Assembly: GCA_973851085.1 (NCBI GenBank)
Contig: OZ316776.1
Coordinates: forward strand, 4,526,001 to 4,590,000
Length of the DNA stretch: 64,000 nucleotides
Direction of reading: 5' to 3'
From: Ptychomitrium polyphyllum
Lineage: Eukaryota
Shown here one piece after another: positions 57,539-64,000 of this stretch (its first letter is position 1; each line of letters opens with the position of its first letter). The translations under genes and the position numbers were made by a program. The notes under the pieces are model-generated. The model did no database searches, had not been told where the DNA came from, and worked only from the letters and a program-made list of their open reading frames with translations.

Positions 57539-60500
57539 CATGAATGAGGTGGTCGAAAGTCCCCCAAAAAGTCCAAATTCACTAGAGCTGGCACTTCCTG
57601 AACCCAGTTTGTGACACACACATTACATAGTATGACACTAAAACTGATACTGATTGTATGAGTCAGAACTGGTGTGCAAGGCAATGGAACAAATTCCCAA
57701 ATATATTATGATTAAACAAACAGACAGACAGTTCTGGATCTAATTAAATTTTATGGTTAAAAAGCTAGCCAGGTCATGTGTAGCAACACTCATCCAACTG
57801 CAAGCATTGCCTGCCAGTACGTTACGCCACCTTTCCAGCCTAAAGGCTGAAGGGTGAATGCGAACATGATCAAGGTTCATTCCTGCAACTAATTCTTCTC
57901 TAGCTATAGCCTGTAGGCTACACTTACCTTCTGCAGTAGCACGTGTTCTTATATTTTCGAGTTTCGTGCATGGCTGGTACAGGATGTTTCAAACTTCAGT
58001 AAACTTATCTGCAAGTTTTTGTTGGTCTCGCGCAAATGGATATCATTGCAGAGGCCTACCTGCCGTGAAAATGAGAGCATCTGGACACTCACAAACCGTG
58101 CAGATTTGAGCAACTCACCTTCAACTTTTTTGAATGAACAACAGGTGACCAACTTAATCATTTTGCAGTGGACTGTTCTGGAAATGAGGCTTTCATGTGC
58201 GATTGTACTTTCATTAGCCACCGAAAGCTGTAACAGCATTTGTAGAATCGGCATGCCGAAATGATGCAGATTAGACCGTGTCTGCGGAATTCTCAAGTTT
58301 GCGGTCTTATTCGTTGCTGGCCATGTCCGCTTGACTCCCAAACGACAGTCCTGGTAATGAGTTCTTGGAAGATAATTGTTCTAGTGTAAACGTTGCTGAA
58401 ATTTGATCGTTTGCAAACTCGTCTAACAAGACTATTTGACAGAATTTATTCATGCCTAGAATGTCAACAGTGGTGGTCATATTATTCTCAATAAAGCTCA
58501 AGCACCAAAGATTTGTGTAGCTCATTTTTTGTAGCGTAGAATTTTGACAATAATTTATTATGCATGCAATCCAGCAGCTAGTAGAATCACATTACATCTA
58601 AACTAGTTCAAATGCAGGTTGTTGAATCCTTCATTTTGAAATCCAAATTGTGAATTTTCAACAAATTACCTTTTCAAGGCTGGGGCACGTCCTCGGCAGA
58701 CAGGAGAGCCTCTACTGAACCGTTCCGGATTCAATTCACAACTCCGTAACATTGAGTTTCATATGCAGTGGTGTTAACTCCAAATTAGGAAAGACAGGCC
58801 AGATACTCGTGTGCTTGGTAGTAAACTTCCACCAAAGATGTAATCAGTAAAGGACTCGCTTCGTGCAGCGGGAAAATAAGAAAGAAAGTTATTTGAAAAA
58901 AAAAACAAAAATATTTCTTCTTTTTTTTCTTTCTTTTATTCTAAGTCACTGGAGTACTGTTATCGGGCGATCAAGTACGGTCGCTTATTGCTGACATTAC
59001 AGCATATCATCTAAAACAAGTTGGATCCTGACTCTTACTCAACGTTAGGTCATCAGCATCTGATGTTAGACATTTGAGTACTGCAAAGAACTTTTTGCCA
59101 GTAGTAACGATCATGAAGGATATGCACTGAGCCGGCCATGTAGTGACATGAATTAGCTAGTCGTGAAATGGGGAAATCCAAAGTGTTCAGATATGCCATG
59201 GTGTCCAAATTCCGTAGTGAATGCCATAGATGAATCATGAATACTAGGCAGATTCCTACCTCGACTTTGAAATTAGGATACAGAATTACGACAAAGTAAA
59301 TCCAATTTGGACACTTTGAATTTCCCTAGTGTTACAAGATGGCCTCTATTAATACTCTCCATGGAGACTAACAATTTTTTTGCATTTTGCACATTTGAGT
59401 TACTCGAGGGACAATTAAATGACCGTTATACTAATGGACCGGTCGTCTCTACTTACAACGAAAGAAAATCACCTCTTAAACCATAATGCACGCTGTGACA
59501 GATTTCTTGAACAACATGGCATGGAGAGACGACCTGCATGTACACGTCGAATATACAAACACAGAAAAGTCACAAAATAGCCGTTTAACATGCCGAAAAG
59601 CACAAAGCAAAGTCGCCATGTCTATCTAGTTACCTACTTGCGACATCCCCATTCAAACGTCCCTCCAGCTATCATTCTCTGCTTTGATGTACAAAGCACC
59701 CCAAAACAAAAAATTCACTGGGACATCCCAGTACACGTCACCGATAACTGGTGTACAATCGAAACGTTCGCATGCACTGATTGACAATTTGATCAATCCT
59801 CACCTCTTCCACTCAAACGCAGGTGCCTCAGGCAGTGATCTACCTACCAACCCATTCACAACAGCAATCTGACGTGCATGTGTCAAGCATCTGCGGCACG
59901 TAAAGTATCACAAAAGGAATACTTTCCAATGATAGAGTCTTCACAATTAAGATGGAACAATGTTTGCTTTACTTCAACAAATACAACATGAGGCAAAATA
60001 CTTGCTGCACTTAGTATGTGGTGCGACACAGGCATGCTACAGTAACTTGCAGATGCATGAGACAAAAGTGCACAGTTATTTAAAATAAAAAAATCTTTTG
60101 GGAGTCAACCTGACACTGATGCATGGGACGCAATTCTTCCACCCACTACAACGAACGTGACCTCACTGCAAACCCACCCGATACCATAAAAACGCATTTC
60201 CCTCCAAAACCAACCTCCCCATACTCATCACATCCCTACCCCTTGGATGCCAATCACGCCCACGTCAACGAAACCCAATCCATCGAACAGTGTCCCCAGA
60301 GCCACAAACCTCGACTCATCCTCAAATAGTAATAAGAGTTCAACAAAAATTTCCTGCTATCCAACGAATTTTCAGAAAAGACAAGCGACTGGGACGAAAA
60401 TGATGCCAGCAGCCACCTCACAATGAAGGAATCAGTCAACTAATTCAAAAGCACTCCTAGTGACTATTTTCTGAACTACGACCCACCGTGACAGTGCGCT

Positions 60501-60550
60501 ATTGGCAAGATTAGACCAACCGTGCGTGAAACCATGCAGTTGTTATATAA
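57539..60550 (-). pseudogene. Possible decayed multi-exon gene or spliced non-coding transcript
   Basis: Series of minus-strand splice-like pairs (e.g. TTCAG..ATG|GTAAGT ~57597-57539; TTGCAG..AAG|GTAAGT ~58008-57928; AAG|GTGAGT ~58119; AAG|GTAATT ~58670), TATA-like TTATATAA 60543-60550 and gene-like GC content. The frames I tried contain stops and I recognise no family. Confidence 0.3.
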
Positions 60551-63323
60551 AAAAAGAGTTTGGAGTTCCTAGGAGGCCGCGGTGAAACCCGGGTGGTCTA
60601 GGCTGGTCGTTGCCTCGTGTCGGCTTATGGCGGAGGTTAACGCTGGAAATCCACACTTTATTCCTGCAATTATCATGACTCGACGTAATCCGGCCTTTTG
60701 AAGGCCCTCTCTGTGTCAAGCGGCTTTTGAATCCCCCTTTTGGCAACGGTTGTAATTGGGCATATGGTCCCGTTTCAGGCTTGAGGGCATGTTTCATGTT
60801 CCTACTTGAGCAGGGAGTGCTATTTCTGCTATTGAAAGGTAAAAGGCTACTATTACTCTGTGGGATATTCTTTTCCTTTATCTTCCTGTGAACTTCCTCC
60901 GGATGTATTTATAAATTTGTTCAAAAACGTCATACAATTTGATACGATCAAGCTGGTCACACAATACAATGTCATCTAGAAACACTGTGCAAGTATAAAG
61001 AAATATGAGCCTACATGTTATGACATCCTTACCCTTCTGTAAAGTGGTGCTTTGAAGCATACTTTTTTAACCCACCTCTAAAAACAGTTGTATATCGTTA
61101 ATGTTAGCACATGCTTTATACACATGTGCTTCTATTTGCTAACTATGCATTGTAGAATTTTTTTTTAAAATTATGTTAAATTAAAATTAGTGAATATTTC
61201 CTTTCTATTATCATGTTACAAAAGTGAAGGCTATGACATGTTACAAAAGTGAAGCTTTTAACTTTGAGCATATGTGAATGTCTTACAATATGAACATTAT
61301 CAATACAAATATCTAAATAAAAAATTTCACTTTGATTTGCATATCAAAGCCTTCTGTAAATAAAAATAAATAAATAATCATTAGAATTAAAAATGCATGT
61401 TAAGAAACTTCAAATATTTGTAAAAACATCAATTTAGTCAAAGTCAATTTATAAATCCATATCAATACATCATGACATGTTTGGTGGGCAAATTTTGCAA
61501 TCTTTCATCATTTCTACTTTATAACTTCTTTGCCTTGCTTGCAAAAATATTTGATAAGTGTTGTGAACATATTAAGCCATTAACAATAGGCATTAATTAT
61601 AATCATTGTTATTGGCACATTTCAATTGATTGCATATATTTTGATCCACAAGAAAATATCAAGGAACTTTTGAAGGATATGTTGAGTTTCAATAAAAATA
61701 TATCTCCAACTTCTTATTATAATTTATAGATTTAACACTTGCAAAATTTACTTTATGCTAAATTTGATTTAATCATAATATTATATTTTTTGTGGTAACT
61801 TGATGAAAATGTCCATATAAAAAAGTAACCTTATGCACAAATTATTGAAAATCTTCCATATCAAAAGTAATCTTGTACACAAAGATGAATTCTATTTCTA
61901 TTATCTGAATTCTTGAGTAGATTTCAAATTATTTATAATACTTTAATTTTTATTGCAATTGAAAGAGAGTGTAATTAGTAGATTCAAGAATATGGTAGAG
62001 TCTTGCAATATTATATTATGTAGAATTAGTGAGGTGGAGCCAAATTTCTATTAAAATTTCTTTTGAAGAACTCTATTAAAATTTATTAATTCAACTAAAA
62101 TATCTACTTGTGGAATAAAGGCTTTAGGTTGTTTTTTAATGAATAAAGTCATTATTAAAGTCTAATGCATTTTTGGAGCACAACAACACAATTCTTTTAA
62201 TGAAGTTGTTATTGTTTAGGTATATTTTTAGTGATTGATGCAAAGAATCATGATGTTAATTGATTTGTTATTCTAAAATCTTACTTCTTTGTGTAATTCA
62301 TTTGATAAATGATGCTTAAAATTGCAATGAATAATAAAGACATGTCAATTTATTTTTATTCTTGGCATGACTTTACATCTAATGCTTATGTTCACAATAA
62401 GGACCAAATCAAAAAGTGTTCTTTGATACATTTTCAAGGTGATGTGTAGTATTTGAAGTGTCCATTAATAAGTACTTTAGCTCATAATAAAAGGTTCTTT
62501 ATCTTTCTTTAGCACATATCAACAAGAAAAATGTTGCATAAGACTTTGTTGATGAAGAAGCTACCAATCTTGCAAATATAATTGTGCTAGAGGTGAATTA
62601 GCTACTATGTCTGAAAACCACCAAGAAAAAATGCCATAGGCCATTCAAAATAGTAACATTATTTATAAACGCTACAAAAGCTACCATACAAAATGTGCTG
62701 CCAAAATGCGAAAGTCTTATAATAAGTCTACTTGTAGACCTTCTTTGACTTCTAGTAGCATACAATTGGTTATTTGTTTGGCACAATAGTATGTTGAGGA
62801 CTTAAAGCCGGCCTTAATTATTATCAATGAAATGATGGAGACCAAATTCTTATTATCAATAGCTTTACAAGCAACATTTGACTAAAAAAAGAAGTATAGA
62901 TAAAACAAGTTTCTCATTTCTTCTTTTGCATAGGATTTTATTGCAAAGGTATTGCTCAATTAAGTTTCTTTGTTGAATTGTAATTTTTTATTGTAATCAT
63001 TCTTCCAATATTCAATTTCTATTATTTTATTTTTATTTATAAAAGATGAAAATTATAATTCATATTGTTTAAAAGTCTACTAGCTTCTTGCAACTAGAGG
63101 CCTACCATTGATCTTCTCATTACCACCATCCTTAAAAATCTCTTAGCTCCAAGTATTTTAATCCACCTTTAATTAATCTACTGTGGAATGTGCATAAGAA
63201 AGTTTGCAATGGATATTAGTTAATAAAAAAACTTTTTACAAAACTTCTTTGATCATGATGAAAATTGTTTGTATGATGATGAAAATCAATAAGCTTTAAA
63301 TAACACATTTAAAAGGTTCATTA

Positions 63324-63892
63324 TAATAGGGACACAAGAAATAATAAGCAAAAATGAAGTGTTTTTTAAGGATTAGCTTCCAAAGAGCTAATTATTAACA
63401 AGAACTCATACAAAAACTAAAGCAAGGCATGATACAATATGATCCATTACTTGTGTTGGCAAGACTAAGGTATATCTTCTCTTACCTCTTATTTATACTA
63501 TGACGCTTGTATCACCTATGATACTTCTAAAGAAGCTTCCTATGAGGCCTAAGAATGTTTTAGAAGTCTATGGAACCTTCCCAAGAAGTTTTCCAAGATG
63601 GTGGAACCATCCAAAAATACTTCTAAGGAATTAGATCCTTCCTAGGAAATTTTATGAGGTAGTGGAACCTTCCTAGGAAGCTTTTTGAGATGATGGAATC
63701 TTTCTTGGAAATTTCCTAAGGCAATGGAAGTTTCCTAAGAAGTTTTTTGAGATGGTGGAACTTTCTTCAAAAAAAATTTAGAACGTCAAAACGGCTATGG
63801 AATCATTGAAAGTATTCTAAGAAGCTATTAGAATAGACCATAAGGTTCTAGAAGATTCTAAAGACTATATTGCATGATATATGTCCATGACA
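63324..63892 (-). mobile_element. Degenerate solo LTR, family A
   Basis: Reverse complement of the family A LTR (..TGCATGATATATGTCCATGACA end; GGGACACAAGAA at the other end; internal CTTCCTAGGAAG repeats). Left boundary uncertain by about 1 nt. Confidence 0.88.
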
Positions 63893-64000
63893 GTTATCAT
63901 GGATATATGAGAAGAGCCGTGCCTGCATGCATATCTGTCGTGCCTTCTTCAAGAACAACATGTATGGAAAGAATTCAATTTTCTCAATTGTCAATATTAG

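Noticed and set aside
60560..60810. Possible structured ncRNA (stem CCTAG..GGTGAAACC..CTAGG after a TATA-like box)
   Set aside because: No canonical plant snRNA USE, no telomerase template and no match to U-snRNA, SRP or MRP motifs that I recall. More simply promoter DNA of the minus-strand island. An Infernal/Rfam search would settle it.

Overview
Eukaryotic land-plant genomic DNA. GC-richer gene islands alternate with very AT-rich spacers and nested Ty3/Gypsy LTR clusters. Gene and TE style suggest a moss of the Physcomitrium/Funariaceae type (inference, not verified). Genes reconstructed by hand with GT-AG introns and consistent phases: first coding exon of a FAB1/PIKfyve kinase (-, continues off the left edge); a 3-exon AMT2 ammonium transporter (-); a 15-exon TEBICHI/POLQ-type helicase (+) that stops before any polymerase domain; an intronless CCHC zinc-knuckle protein (+); a 4-exon 164-aa probable plastid protein not recovered as a whole by the ORF track (-); and a 5-exon PsbP-domain protein of PPD4 type (-). 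Two TE nests (11.4-18.5 kb and 31.0-41.7 kb) hold two Gypsy families plus a probable third LTR type. Most notable: (1) a helicase-only POLQ/TEBICHI paralog; (2) a Tf1-style self-priming signature instead of a tRNA PBS in LTR family A; (3) sharply bounded identical tracts between otherwise decayed repeat copies (gene conversion or assembly consensus artefact); (4) phased motif arrays upstream of FAB1 and the helicase gene. All comparisons were made by eye and no database searches were run.
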